NCBI GenBank assembly: GCA_048940645.1 | Contig: JBHLOI010000006.1 | Location: 1-64,000 of the forward strand | DNA from: Promethearchaeota archaeon | GTDB lineage: Archaea; Asgardarchaeota; Lokiarchaeia; Sigyniarchaeales; SOKP01 | DNA length: 64,000 nt | Direction: 5' to 3' | Part shown: in pieces, positions 27,985-38,000 of the stretch | How the letters are laid out: every line of letters begins with the position of its first letter | Numbering within the stretch: position 1 is the first letter of the stretch | Notes under the pieces: generated by a model | The model's database searches: none | Seen by the model: the letters and a program-made list of their open reading frames with translations, nothing else | What the model was told of the DNA's origin: nothing | Translations under genes and position numbers: made by a program

Positions 27985-28662
27985 TTGATGCATTGGGAAG
28001 CTGAAAAAGAAAAATTCTATGAATTTATTATTGAGAATAAAGTCATTGGATTTTATAAGAAACCAGTTCTGTTAAAATCTGGCAGAGAGTCTCCATTTTA
28101 CGTTAATTGGAGAAATATTTCTGAAGACGTTTATTTAACCGATAAATTAACCGACTATTTATTATCGTATATAAAACATTTACAATTGGTTCCTGATTGT
28201 TTTTTTGGTGTACCCGAAGGAGCTACTAAATTAGGTATTATCACGCAATTTAAGTGGGCAAGAAAAAATCGAAATTATAAGCCAGGAACTTTTACATTGT
28301 CAATGGGCCGAGGAAAACCAAAAAGTCATGGAGAATTAAAAGATAGATTTTATTTAGGATTACCTAAAGGCAAGGTCGTAATTCTTGAAGATGTTACTAC
28401 CACTGGAGGGTCGTTAATTCAGTGCATCGAAGAATTACAAAACATTGGAATAAATGTAATTTCTGCTATTGGATTAACTAATAGAAACGAAATAAGAGAT
28501 GATGGAAAAACCGTTGAGCAATTAATTAGTGAAAAAGGAGTAAAATACTTTGCGATGAGTAATATCATCGAAATCTTACCAATGTTAAATCCAAATAAAG
28601 AAATTGCATCATCAATAGAAAATTACTTTAAAAAATTTGGAATTAAGCCAATCAAATTATAA
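27985..28662 (+). CDS. pyrE: Orotate phosphoribosyltransferase-like protein
   Basis: LKSGRESPFYVN, RGKPKSHG and PRPP loop VILEDVTTTGGS. Confidence 0.88.
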   Translation: MMHWEAEKEKFYEFIIENKVIGFYKKPVLLKSGRESPFYVNWRNISEDVYLTDKLTDYLLSYIKHLQLVPDCFFGVPEGATKLGIITQFKWARKNRNYKPGTFTLSMGRGKPKSHGELKDRFYLGLPKGKVVILEDVTTTGGSLIQCIEELQNIGINVISAIGLTNRNEIRDDGKTVEQLISEKGVKYFAMSNIIEILPMLNPNKEIASSIENYFKKFGIKPIKL

Positions 28663-28681
28663 GAATTTGATTAACTCTTTT

Positions 28682-29254
28682 TCAGTCTATTGACAAGAAA
28701 AATGCTCTCCACGCTTTAATAATAGCATATAATCTTCTATATAATAATTTCTCAGCATAACTCAGTCTTTTTTCATCATCTAAAGATAACTCTGCTTTAG
28801 ATAATCTAAGTAATTTTAATAATCTGCTATCAATGATATTTGTAGTATAAGAATTGTATCGATCTAAATCAACCTTAGGTTTATGGTTGCGATTCACCTC
28901 AATTTCCATAAAATGTTTAAACTCTTTAATTCTATTCAAAAAATAGATATTTAATTGATGGATTAATTTTTGATCATCACGTTCACTTATTGCATGCCTT
29001 TGAACATCAATATTATCACACTTTTCACTAGAACTAAGTTTTAAAATCTCATTTTGAATAAACGGTAATGCTAAAAAGTATTTCAATTTGTATTTATTTC
29101 CTTTCTCAAATGCACCATATTGTTCTCCTAATAAAGAAAACCCTCCATGATTTTTTAAACATTCAGTAATGATTTCTTCGTTTTTAAATATAAAATTAAC
29201 TCTTTTTAAATTTAAAGATAACTCTTCCTCAATTTTTTCCAAATTTAACCACAC
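28682..29254 (-). CDS. GINS complex subunit, Gins23 (Psf2/Psf3-type, B-A domain order)
   Basis: N-terminal beta domain YGAFEKGNKYKLKYFLALPF, then helical IIDSRLLKLLRL...LSYAEKLLYRRL; near mcm. Confidence 0.72.
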   Translation of the reverse strand: MWLNLEKIEEELSLNLKRVNFIFKNEEIITECLKNHGGFSLLGEQYGAFEKGNKYKLKYFLALPFIQNEILKLSSSEKCDNIDVQRHAISERDDQKLIHQLNIYFLNRIKEFKHFMEIEVNRNHKPKVDLDRYNSYTTNIIDSRLLKLLRLSKAELSLDDEKRLSYAEKLLYRRLYAIIKAWRAFFLSID

Positions 29255-29351
29255 TATAATTTAAAAAATACTTTAATATATTAAAAAAATGAACCACTAT
29301 TGAAATTAAATATTATTCATTAAATAAAAAAAAAGAGAATTTGTTGAGAAT

Positions 29352-32300
29352 TTGCTCGTTGAATTAATTCTAATAATAATTTCTATATTAATCTTTATTT
29401 TTGGTTATTTTATTATTTATAGACAAGTTGCTCTTGTAAAAAAAGGGGAATTTAATATTAAAGATCGCCTTCAATGTATTATTTATGGTATTATTTTTAG
29501 CTTAGCTGATATGATCGTTGTTCCAATGGGATTTATGTTTGCAATTGGACCTATATCACCTCTTACTTTATTAGTTCCTTTTATAGTTTGCCTAATCTAT
29601 ATTTCTGCTTATCCATTAATAGATTTCCTCTTTATTGCCTTAAGTAAAGAATCTGATGAGGGTCTTACACCTTTTCATAAATTTATTGGGAAATATTTTA
29701 TCAACAGATCAAAAAATAAATTAATAGCATTTCTTATGGCTATATTTTTATATTCCTTGTTTATTATCCCTCCGCTTTTATTAACGATTCTGGGATTACC
29801 CTTTTTATTGATCTGGATATTCTGGATGTTAATTTACCCTTTATTAATATTAGTGTTCTATGGAACAAAAGGTTATATAGCTGGAATTTCAAATGAATAT
29901 TATCATATCCCAGAAATAAAGAGGTCCATATTTTTAAATTTTGAAAACAGTAAACGTGGAATGAAACAGTTTGTATCTTTTCCTAGACCTTATATTGTTT
30001 TGGGATTTATGATATTTGTCTTTGTATGGGCATGGATATCTTTAATTCAAAGCATAAATTTTTTCCTCACTGGAACACTCGCTATTTCCATAATGTCTTC
30101 TTATTTTGTGTATGTAACCTTATTTTTTGGAATTATTGGATACTTTACACGATTTTGGGGGAGAAAAATTAAATATCGCGGTATTGATATTTATTTCGCT
30201 GCGTATTTAATAGCTGCGATTGGAATAAATGTATTTGTTAATTTTGTGTTAGTAAACATTACAACTTTGACTAGTACTTTAAATTTCTGGACGTTAACTC
30301 AGGAAATAGTACCAAATTATTTACTATTTGCATGGCCCTCAGTAATTGAAGAAGTCATTCTAATAGTATTTACAACATTTTATTTATTATCAAGAAAGAA
30401 TGAATTTAAATTTAATTTAAAGTATTCTAAAATTACTGAATGCGGTCAAACTTTTGATCCTATCCCTCTTTTTACTTTTATAAAAAATCCAAATTCAGAA
30501 TTAAGAAAACATGCTGAGAGTACATTAATTCTTATGTTTGAGCGAATCCCGTTAAAATATGAAATTTCTCCAAATGAATGGAAATTTAAAAATTTACTAA
30601 TTGATGGTTTGTGTGATCCAAATATTAATTCGAGAAAGGTATGCTTCAAAATATTAAATCAGTTAGAAGAAGATATTCCAGAAACAATCCTTCCTTGGAT
30701 ATTAGAGGGTTTAAACTCCCCAAATTATGATAAAGTTCTTCCTTTTGCGAGATCTCTACTAAGCGCTAAAATTGAACTATTACATAAAATCCCCAAAAAA
30801 ATAATTCTTAACTTAATAAATGATTCTGAGTGGAGATTAAAATTAATCGGATTAAAATTAATTTCAAAATTAAGTCAACAAGAAAAAGAATTAGTATTAA
30901 AATTGAATATTAAAAAGCTAATAAATGATCCAGATAATCAAATACAGATTGAAATTTTTAATGTTTTAGAAGAATCTGGGTTCCCCATTCCAATTAACAT
31001 AATATTGAATAAACTAAATCATCCTAATAGAGAAATAAGAGCCGCTGCTATTCGAAATCTTAAAAATATTTCCTTAGATAATATTGATTTAGAATTGATT
31101 TCTCAAATTCTTCTCTATATGAATGATCCGACAGCAAATGTTAGAGCTTCTGTTTTTGAAATTTTAGCAAAAATAGGGAATTTTAAGAAGTTTTTAATTC
31201 CAATCACACCACTCTTTGATGGATTGGTTGATTCTGATGAAAATGTTAGAATTTCAGCAGTTCAAGCGCTTAAAAAATATTTTGATGAAAACCCCAAAGC
31301 TCTAGATGTAGATATGATTATAAACAAAATTGACCCAAGCAACACCAAAATTTTAAAAAATGTGATAAACCTTCTTGGCGATTTATGGGAAAAAGATCCT
31401 GAAAAAATTTTAACTATCCTCCTGATTTTCATAAAATTTAAAGATAATGAATTAAAAAACGAAATCTCAAAGATTCTTATAGCAATGTATCCTAAATCTC
31501 CAGATTTAATTTTCGAAAATCTAATAAAAATAAAAGATGAATCGAAATTTATATCAAAAGGGATTATTTCAAGCACCATAATTGAAATAGCTAGAAAGAA
31601 TCCAGATATCGTAATCCCAAAGCTGCTTAACTTCGTTCACAGTGATAATGATGATATCATATTAAATTCGATTGTTTCATTAAAGGGCTTAGTTGATGAA
31701 TATCTTCATAATATAGATAGAAATGCAATTCTTTCAATATTTCAAAAACCATATAATATCAATGCTAAAAAGGAAGGTTCTCAATTAATTTCAAGGATCG
31801 CTAAAATAGATCCAATCTACTTAAAATCTGTAATAAATGAATTAATGCAACTACAATATAAACAAGATTTATCAGTAAGAGTTATCTTAACAAAATCGTT
31901 ATTAGAAATTGCTAAGAGAGAACCAAATTTAATACCAGTGAGTACTATAATAAATTTATATTCAGATAAGGATTCATTTATCCGCGAAACAAGTGTTAAG
32001 ATATTAGGATTTATTGGTTATAAAGTTCCTTTAGAGGCCGTGAATGTTTTACTAAACAAGGCATTAATTGATGAAGAATGGATTGTACGGGATGCAGCGG
32101 TCTCAAGTTTAGGAATGATTATTCAAAAGATTGACGATAAACGACAAATTATTGAAAATTTAGTTGAATTAATTAATGATAAAAATAATTGGGTCCGTAA
32201 TTCATCAATGAATTTAATTGCCTCAATAAAAAATATTGATTCCTCAGTAATTCCAATTGAAAAGGTGTTAGGAAATCTTTATCATGAAGATTCTAAAGTT

Positions 32301-32660
32301 AGACAAGGAGCTGCTAATTTACTAAAAATTTATGATTTTGATATTATTGATGACAATTTTAAAAGAGTTTTAGTTCTATTAGGAGATGAATCTGATGATG
32401 TAAGAAGATCAATAATAAATACCATGATTGAGATCATCCAAAAGGTTGGATTATCTAAAATTCTATCTAGATTATTGAAAAATCTCAGTGATTCTAGTTC
32501 TTTAGTCACACAACAATCCATTGCCTTAATTTTAGGAAGAACTGCTAAATATGAAGATGAAAAAATAAGGAAGAGAATCATTGCTTTATTAAAGGTAAGA
32601 TGTGAGATGTCGCAAGATCCTATAATATGCGAAACACTAGCTAAACTAAAAGAAGCTTAA
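29352..32660 (+). CDS. Polytopic membrane protein with C-terminal HEAT-repeat solenoid
   Basis: About 8-9 hydrophobic segments in aa 1-350; repeated L.D....VR..A units (DPTANVRAS, DSDENVRISA, DEEWIVRDAA, DESDDVRRS). Confidence 0.85.
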   Translation: MLVELILIIISILIFIFGYFIIYRQVALVKKGEFNIKDRLQCIIYGIIFSLADMIVVPMGFMFAIGPISPLTLLVPFIVCLIYISAYPLIDFLFIALSKESDEGLTPFHKFIGKYFINRSKNKLIAFLMAIFLYSLFIIPPLLLTILGLPFLLIWIFWMLIYPLLILVFYGTKGYIAGISNEYYHIPEIKRSIFLNFENSKRGMKQFVSFPRPYIVLGFMIFVFVWAWISLIQSINFFLTGTLAISIMSSYFVYVTLFFGIIGYFTRFWGRKIKYRGIDIYFAAYLIAAIGINVFVNFVLVNITTLTSTLNFWTLTQEIVPNYLLFAWPSVIEEVILIVFTTFYLLSRKNEFKFNLKYSKITECGQTFDPIPLFTFIKNPNSELRKHAESTLILMFERIPLKYEISPNEWKFKNLLIDGLCDPNINSRKVCFKILNQLEEDIPETILPWILEGLNSPNYDKVLPFARSLLSAKIELLHKIPKKIILNLINDSEWRLKLIGLKLISKLSQQEKELVLKLNIKKLINDPDNQIQIEIFNVLEESGFPIPINIILNKLNHPNREIRAAAIRNLKNISLDNIDLELISQILLYMNDPTANVRASVFEILAKIGNFKKFLIPITPLFDGLVDSDENVRISAVQALKKYFDENPKALDVDMIINKIDPSNTKILKNVINLLGDLWEKDPEKILTILLIFIKFKDNELKNEISKILIAMYPKSPDLIFENLIKIKDESKFISKGIISSTIIEIARKNPDIVIPKLLNFVHSDNDDIILNSIVSLKGLVDEYLHNIDRNAILSIFQKPYNINAKKEGSQLISRIAKIDPIYLKSVINELMQLQYKQDLSVRVILTKSLLEIAKREPNLIPVSTIINLYSDKDSFIRETSVKILGFIGYKVPLEAVNVLLNKALIDEEWIVRDAAVSSLGMIIQKIDDKRQIIENLVELINDKNNWVRNSSMNLIASIKNIDSSVIPIEKVLGNLYHEDSKVRQGAANLLKIYDFDIIDDNFKRVLVLLGDESDDVRRSIINTMIEIIQKVGLSKILSRLLKNLSDSSSLVTQQSIALILGRTAKYEDEKIRKRIIALLKVRCEMSQDPIICETLAKLKEA

Positions 32661-32828
32661 AAACTTTAGTTAATTGAAAATACAAATAAATCTATATATT
32701 ACTAAACTATATCTCTCTCTTTACTTTTTTCCAACAATTTTTATTTACAGTTTAATAAGCTTAAATCGTTAATATAACGAATTAAAATATCATTAAAAAT
32801 AATTTGGGTATATTAACTTATTTATTTA

Positions 32829-32833
32829 GGTGA
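32829..32833 (+). promoter_or_regulatory. Shine-Dalgarno-like GGTGA upstream of mcm
   Basis: GGTGA 6 nt before the TTG start; the same motif occurs at 23101, 27447, 38000 and 48588. Confidence 0.65.
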
Positions 32834-32839
32834 ATTTTC

Positions 32840-34966
32840 TTGGCAACACCTTCAACAAGTCCCAGTATTCCTATTCATCAAGTTCAGCGATTTGAGGATT
32901 TTTTAAGGTTATTCGAAGATAAACCGGGAGTATATAAGTATCAAGATCAAATTAATGACATTATTTCCAAGGGTGGAAATACTCTAATCATATTATATGA
33001 GGATTTATTAGCTTTTGACTCTCAAATTGCTGAAATGCTTAAAAAAGATCCTGAATTACTGCTAGAAGATGCCATTGAAGCTTTTGAAAATATTTTAAAA
33101 TTTCAAGGAGGAAGTAAAACTAGTAAGGAACTTTTTGTTAGAATCACCACAAAGGATGAAAACAGTCCATTAATTATACCTTTAAGAGGATTAAGAGCAA
33201 AACATATTGATACATTAGTATGTTCTAATGGAATTGTAGTAAGAAGTTCAACAATAAGACCAAAATTAATTAAGGCGACTTTTGAATGTACAATATGTGG
33301 TTCTCAGTTTGAAGTAATTCAACTTACATCAAAAATAAAGTGGCCAAAATTCTGTATAAATAAAAGGTGCAAGGCTAAGGCACAATCAGATTTTAGATTA
33401 ATATCTAAAAATTCTTTATTCATAGATTGGCAGAGTATTATGATACAAGAAATTCCTGAAGATTTACCACCTGGAAGAATTCCTAGAGCTATTCAAGCGA
33501 TTTTAAAACAAGATTTAGTTGATTTTGTAAAACCCGGAGATAGAGTAAAAATTATTGGTATTTTCAAATCAGTTATAGCCCAATCGATCAAAAATATCAA
33601 TAGTACTTTATTTAAAACCTTTATTGAAGTAAATCTTATCGATCCAGAAGATAAAACAGAAGATATCATAGAATTATCAAAAGAAGATCTTAAAGAAATT
33701 AAAAAATTATCAAAAGAGCCAATGATACAAAGAAAAATTGCGCGATCCATTGCTCCTACGATTTATGGAAGGGATGATCTTAAAATGGCTTGTGCTTTGA
33801 GTTTATTTGCAGGTACTAGAAAAAAGAAACCTGACGGCGGTTATAAGAGAGGAGACATACATGTGTTATTTGTAGGGGATCCTGGGACCGGCAAAAGTGA
33901 AATACTCAAAAGTGCAATTGATATATCACCGAGGGGACTTTACACTTCTGGGAAAGGATCTACTGCTGTTGGTTTGACGGCAGCTGTTATTAAAGATTCT
34001 GACACAGGACAAATGAACCTTGAAGCAGGTGCAGTTGTATTAGCCAATGGTGGTGTTGCGGCTATTGATGAATTCGATAAAATGAATCCCGCTGATAGAT
34101 CTGCTCTACATGAACAGATGGAACAACAAACAGTTAGTATAGCTAAAGCTGGTATAGTAGCAACATTAAAGGCACAAACAGCAATTATTGCAGCAGCTAA
34201 TCCCCGATCAGGAAGATATGATCGATACAAAACACCAACTCAAAATATTTATTTACCACCTTCCCTCTTATCTCGATTTGATCTTATTTTTGTAGTTATT
34301 GACAGACCAAATCCTACTGAGGATGCTCAAATGGCTGAATTCATACTACAGAATTCTATGATTGGTGCAGATCAAACAGTTCCAGATGAAATTACTAAAA
34401 TTTCTCCGATATCTGGAGATTTATTAAAAAAATATATCAAAAATGCTAGGAAAACGTGTCACCCTTTAATAACTGAAGAAGCTAAAGAACATATAAAAGA
34501 TTTTTATTTAGATTTGAGAGGTCAATATGAAAGTGAAGATGCGGTTGTATCAATCTTGGCAAGAAATTTAGATGCACTTGTCAGATTAAGCGAAGCTTAC
34601 GCTAAAATGGCATTAAGAAGTAAAGTACTTAAAGAAGACGTAGATGAAGTTATAAAACTATTTAAAAGATATTTAAAAGATACGGGCTATGATGAGACAA
34701 CCGGAAAAATAGATATGGATAGAATTTTAGTTGGCCAATCTAGGAGTTCAATTAAAAAACTCGATAAATTTCTAAATAGATTAAAAGAAATATTTGAAGA
34801 AAATAATTGGAAGTTAATGGAGAAGAAAGCCGTAATTCAAATTCTTGATGTAGAAGAGGATTTAGATGAAAAATGGATTAGAGATGCTCTCGAAGAATTA
34901 ATAAAGGAAGGGACTTTATATGAGCCAAGGAATAATTTTATAAAGTTCATAAATAAGGAAGAATAA
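32840..34966 (+). CDS. mcm: Replicative helicase MCM
   Basis: Zn finger CTIC...CINKRC, GDPGTGKS, IDEFDKM, AAANP, Arg finger LLSRFDL and C-terminal winged helix; no intein. Confidence 0.97.
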   Translation: MATPSTSPSIPIHQVQRFEDFLRLFEDKPGVYKYQDQINDIISKGGNTLIILYEDLLAFDSQIAEMLKKDPELLLEDAIEAFENILKFQGGSKTSKELFVRITTKDENSPLIIPLRGLRAKHIDTLVCSNGIVVRSSTIRPKLIKATFECTICGSQFEVIQLTSKIKWPKFCINKRCKAKAQSDFRLISKNSLFIDWQSIMIQEIPEDLPPGRIPRAIQAILKQDLVDFVKPGDRVKIIGIFKSVIAQSIKNINSTLFKTFIEVNLIDPEDKTEDIIELSKEDLKEIKKLSKEPMIQRKIARSIAPTIYGRDDLKMACALSLFAGTRKKKPDGGYKRGDIHVLFVGDPGTGKSEILKSAIDISPRGLYTSGKGSTAVGLTAAVIKDSDTGQMNLEAGAVVLANGGVAAIDEFDKMNPADRSALHEQMEQQTVSIAKAGIVATLKAQTAIIAAANPRSGRYDRYKTPTQNIYLPPSLLSRFDLIFVVIDRPNPTEDAQMAEFILQNSMIGADQTVPDEITKISPISGDLLKKYIKNARKTCHPLITEEAKEHIKDFYLDLRGQYESEDAVVSILARNLDALVRLSEAYAKMALRSKVLKEDVDEVIKLFKRYLKDTGYDETTGKIDMDRILVGQSRSSIKKLDKFLNRLKEIFEENNWKLMEKKAVIQILDVEEDLDEKWIRDALEELIKEGTLYEPRNNFIKFINKEE

Positions 34967-35116
34967 ATAGTGATTAATTTCTACTTAAAAGTTCATTAAA
35001 TTTTATTATTAATCGTTTTTTACTTAAATGAGAAGACTATTTGTTTATTTTGATAAAGCTTTAATGATACTAATTCAAATAAATTTAAATGAAATTATGA
35101 AAAAAAGAGATGATTA

Positions 35117-36106
35117 TTGATTAGAGCTGCTGTTTTTGAGGATATTCAAAGAATTGTTTATAAAGAGGATTACCCTAAACCTATTATAGGAAAAGATGAC
35201 GTAATTGTAAAAGTTCATTATTGTGGGATATGTGGAAGCGATGTTACAAATTTTAAATTAAAATTATACCAAGTTCCACTAATTATGGGTCATGAGTTTA
35301 CAGGAGAAGTGGTTGAAGTAGGAGAAAATGTGTTAGGAGTGAAAAGTGGTGAAAGAGTGTGTGGAATAAATGTTGCTCTTGATTTAAGCCAAAGAAAGTT
35401 AAGTGGAATGGGTATCTTTGAAGATGGTGGTTTTGCAGAATATGTAAAGGTACCTATAGAAAATTTATTTCATATACCAAAAAATGTCTCAACAAAAGAA
35501 GCGGTAATGATTGAATCATTTGCTAATGCAGTAAGAGGTACGAGATTATCTAATATTGAAGATAATCAAAATATACTTATAATAGGTGGAGGAAATATTG
35601 GATTGTGTTTCTTAAAATATTTACTAAATGAAAAGAATCCTAATTATATTGGAGTAATTGAACCCCATATTTATTTAAGAGAAAAATGCCAGCAATTTGG
35701 AGCAACAGATGCGTTTCCTCCTAGTATGACAAAAATTAAGAGATTTATTAAATTCTATGGAGAGCCTTCTTTTATTTTTGATTGCGCTGGTAATGAAAAA
35801 TCAATGCTTATGGCAATAAACTTAATAAAAAAAGGTGGAACAATTCTTCTGGAGGGGCTTTATAAAGGAACAGTAGTTTTTCCTATGTCTATAATAAATT
35901 CGAAAGAAATTTGTATTAAAGGTTGTATAAGTCATGATAAAGGAGATATTCTAAATTCAATCAATTTTTTTGCTAAGGAAAAAGTTAATGCTGATCATTA
36001 TATCTCCAAAATTATATCATTAAAAGATATGCAAGACACATTTAAAATGATTTTAACTCCTGGCGAAAGAAAGTTTATAAAAATTGTTGTCAAAATCGAT
36101 CAATAG
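35117..36106 (+). CDS. Zn-dependent medium-chain dehydrogenase/reductase
   Basis: CGICGSD, GHEFTGEV, GGFAEY and Rossmann IGGGNIG motifs. Confidence 0.9.
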   Translation: MIRAAVFEDIQRIVYKEDYPKPIIGKDDVIVKVHYCGICGSDVTNFKLKLYQVPLIMGHEFTGEVVEVGENVLGVKSGERVCGINVALDLSQRKLSGMGIFEDGGFAEYVKVPIENLFHIPKNVSTKEAVMIESFANAVRGTRLSNIEDNQNILIIGGGNIGLCFLKYLLNEKNPNYIGVIEPHIYLREKCQQFGATDAFPPSMTKIKRFIKFYGEPSFIFDCAGNEKSMLMAINLIKKGGTILLEGLYKGTVVFPMSIINSKEICIKGCISHDKGDILNSINFFAKEKVNADHYISKIISLKDMQDTFKMILTPGERKFIKIVVKIDQ

Positions 36107-36144
36107 AATTACTTTTCTATTCTAAAAAATATTAAAAACTAATG

Positions 36145-36672
36145 CTAGAATTTTAAAGATAATTCTGATATCAATTTGAATGATTCTTCAACATGTTGTC
36201 CATTTTTTGCTGAAGTATACATTATTGAATTAGCCTTTATTTTATTGCTAATTTCCTCAATCTCTGTTTTTGAGATATCTGGTTTAAGATCATTTTTATT
36301 AGCTAGTAAAATAATTGGGATACCACTGCAATTTCTTTTCAAATCTGGTATCCAAAATTTAGTAATTTGATAAAAAGTATTCTTTCTTGTAAGATCTCCG
36401 ACAATTAAAGCTCCATCCGAACCTCTATAATATAGATGCCTCATTTTCACCCAACGTTCCTGCCCTGCTATATCCCAAATATTAAGTGATATCTCCTCAT
36501 CAGTATCTGAATCCAATTTCTTGATAAATAAATTTGTGCCTATTGATGCTTTATAATCTCTGGAGAATTGCCCTGTTATAAACTTCTTTACTAAACTCGT
36601 TTTTCCAACTCCAGGATCTCCAATAATTATAATCTTTAAATTGTAAGTTCGATAAACCATGGTTATTTTCAA
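36145..36672 (-). CDS. Rab/Ras-like small GTPase
   Basis: G1 GDPGVGKTS, G3 WDIAGQE, YYRGS, G4 NKND and G5 TSAK. Confidence 0.95.
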   Translation of the reverse strand: MKITMVYRTYNLKIIIIGDPGVGKTSLVKKFITGQFSRDYKASIGTNLFIKKLDSDTDEEISLNIWDIAGQERWVKMRHLYYRGSDGALIVGDLTRKNTFYQITKFWIPDLKRNCSGIPIILLANKNDLKPDISKTEIEEISNKIKANSIMYTSAKNGQHVEESFKLISELSLKF

Positions 36673-36798
36673 ATTTTCTTAATAGTTATTATTATGTAAT
36701 AATACATAATAGATTTAAAATAAAAATATGTAAGTATTAAATAAATTAAAACCTAAAATTAAACTAAAAGAAGATTATCAAACTTATAAGATGAAATA

Positions 36799-37893
36799 TT
36801 GATGACAACTGGAATAGTATATGATGATATTTATCTAGAACATAGGATAGGCACGCACATAGAGAGCCATGAAAGGCTTATTGCTATAATGGAATTTTTA
36901 AGAGAAAAAAAAGTATTAGAAGATTCAGATTTTAAATTAATAAAACCAAGAAAAGCAACTTTAGAACAGATAAAATATGTCCATAGAGAAGGGTTAATTA
37001 AAGAAATTCAATCAGTTTGTGAATTAGCTGAAAAAACCAATCGTATCCAACACATTGATATGGATACAGACGCATCAGCAATGACATATGAAGCCTCATT
37101 ATATTCCGTTGGAGGAAATTTACAAGCTGCGGATGAAATTTTGAATGGAAATTGTAAAAACGCATTTGCCTTAGTGAGGCCTCCTGGCCATCATTCTAAT
37201 TCGTATAAGTTTTCAGGATTTTGCATATTCAATAATATTGCTATTGCTGCAGAATATCTTTTTAGAGAGAAAAATATTAACAGAATTGCTATTATTGATT
37301 GGGACTGTCATCATGGTAATGGTACTCAAGATATATTTTTTAATGGATCAAAATCTGATGGAGAATTAGTAATGTTTAACTCTCATCAGGATGGACGGAC
37401 TCTTTATCCTGGAAGTGGATTTATTGGTGAAATAGGTACAGGAAAAGGAAAAGGTAAAATAATTAATTATCCCATGCCTCCAAGGGCTGCTGATGATGTA
37501 ATTTCTATTTATTTCGACGAAATAATAGCGCCTATTTGTAATGAATTTAAGCCTGAATTTATTCTCATATCGGCAGGTTTCGATACACATTGGACAGATG
37601 AATTAACAATGATGGGATGGACTTACCAAGCACCAGCAAATTACTTAAAAAAAATTAAGACAATTGCTAAGGAATTTGCCAATGATCGTATTCTAATTAC
37701 ATTAGAGGGAGGCTACGAGGTTGACAAACAAGCAAAAGCCGTTTATAATTGTTTACAAGTTCTTAATGATAATTATGATCAATTAATTGAGGAGAAACCC
37801 AAAAAATCAGATAAAGAACTATTAGATTATATGAATAATAAATTAATACCGAAATTAAAGGAGATACTAAGTCCTTATTGGAAGTGCTTCTAA
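36799..37893 (+). CDS. Histone deacetylase superfamily Zn-dependent deacylase
   Basis: RPPGHH, GFCIFNN, DWDCHHGNGTQ, SAGFDTH and LEGGY motifs. Confidence 0.95.
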   Translation: MMTTGIVYDDIYLEHRIGTHIESHERLIAIMEFLREKKVLEDSDFKLIKPRKATLEQIKYVHREGLIKEIQSVCELAEKTNRIQHIDMDTDASAMTYEASLYSVGGNLQAADEILNGNCKNAFALVRPPGHHSNSYKFSGFCIFNNIAIAAEYLFREKNINRIAIIDWDCHHGNGTQDIFFNGSKSDGELVMFNSHQDGRTLYPGSGFIGEIGTGKGKGKIINYPMPPRAADDVISIYFDEIIAPICNEFKPEFILISAGFDTHWTDELTMMGWTYQAPANYLKKIKTIAKEFANDRILITLEGGYEVDKQAKAVYNCLQVLNDNYDQLIEEKPKKSDKELLDYMNNKLIPKLKEILSPYWKCF

Positions 37894-38000
37894 TTTCTTT
37901 AAATTATTACTCTTTTTCTTTAACTTTTGTGCGATAATTTATAAAGTTAGTTCACTATTAAAGTTACAAATTAGATCATTTTTTATAAATAATAAAAAAG

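Noticed and set aside
32661-32839. Replication origin next to mcm
   Set aside because: No ORB-like repeats with G-strings and no cdc6/orc1 gene in the window.
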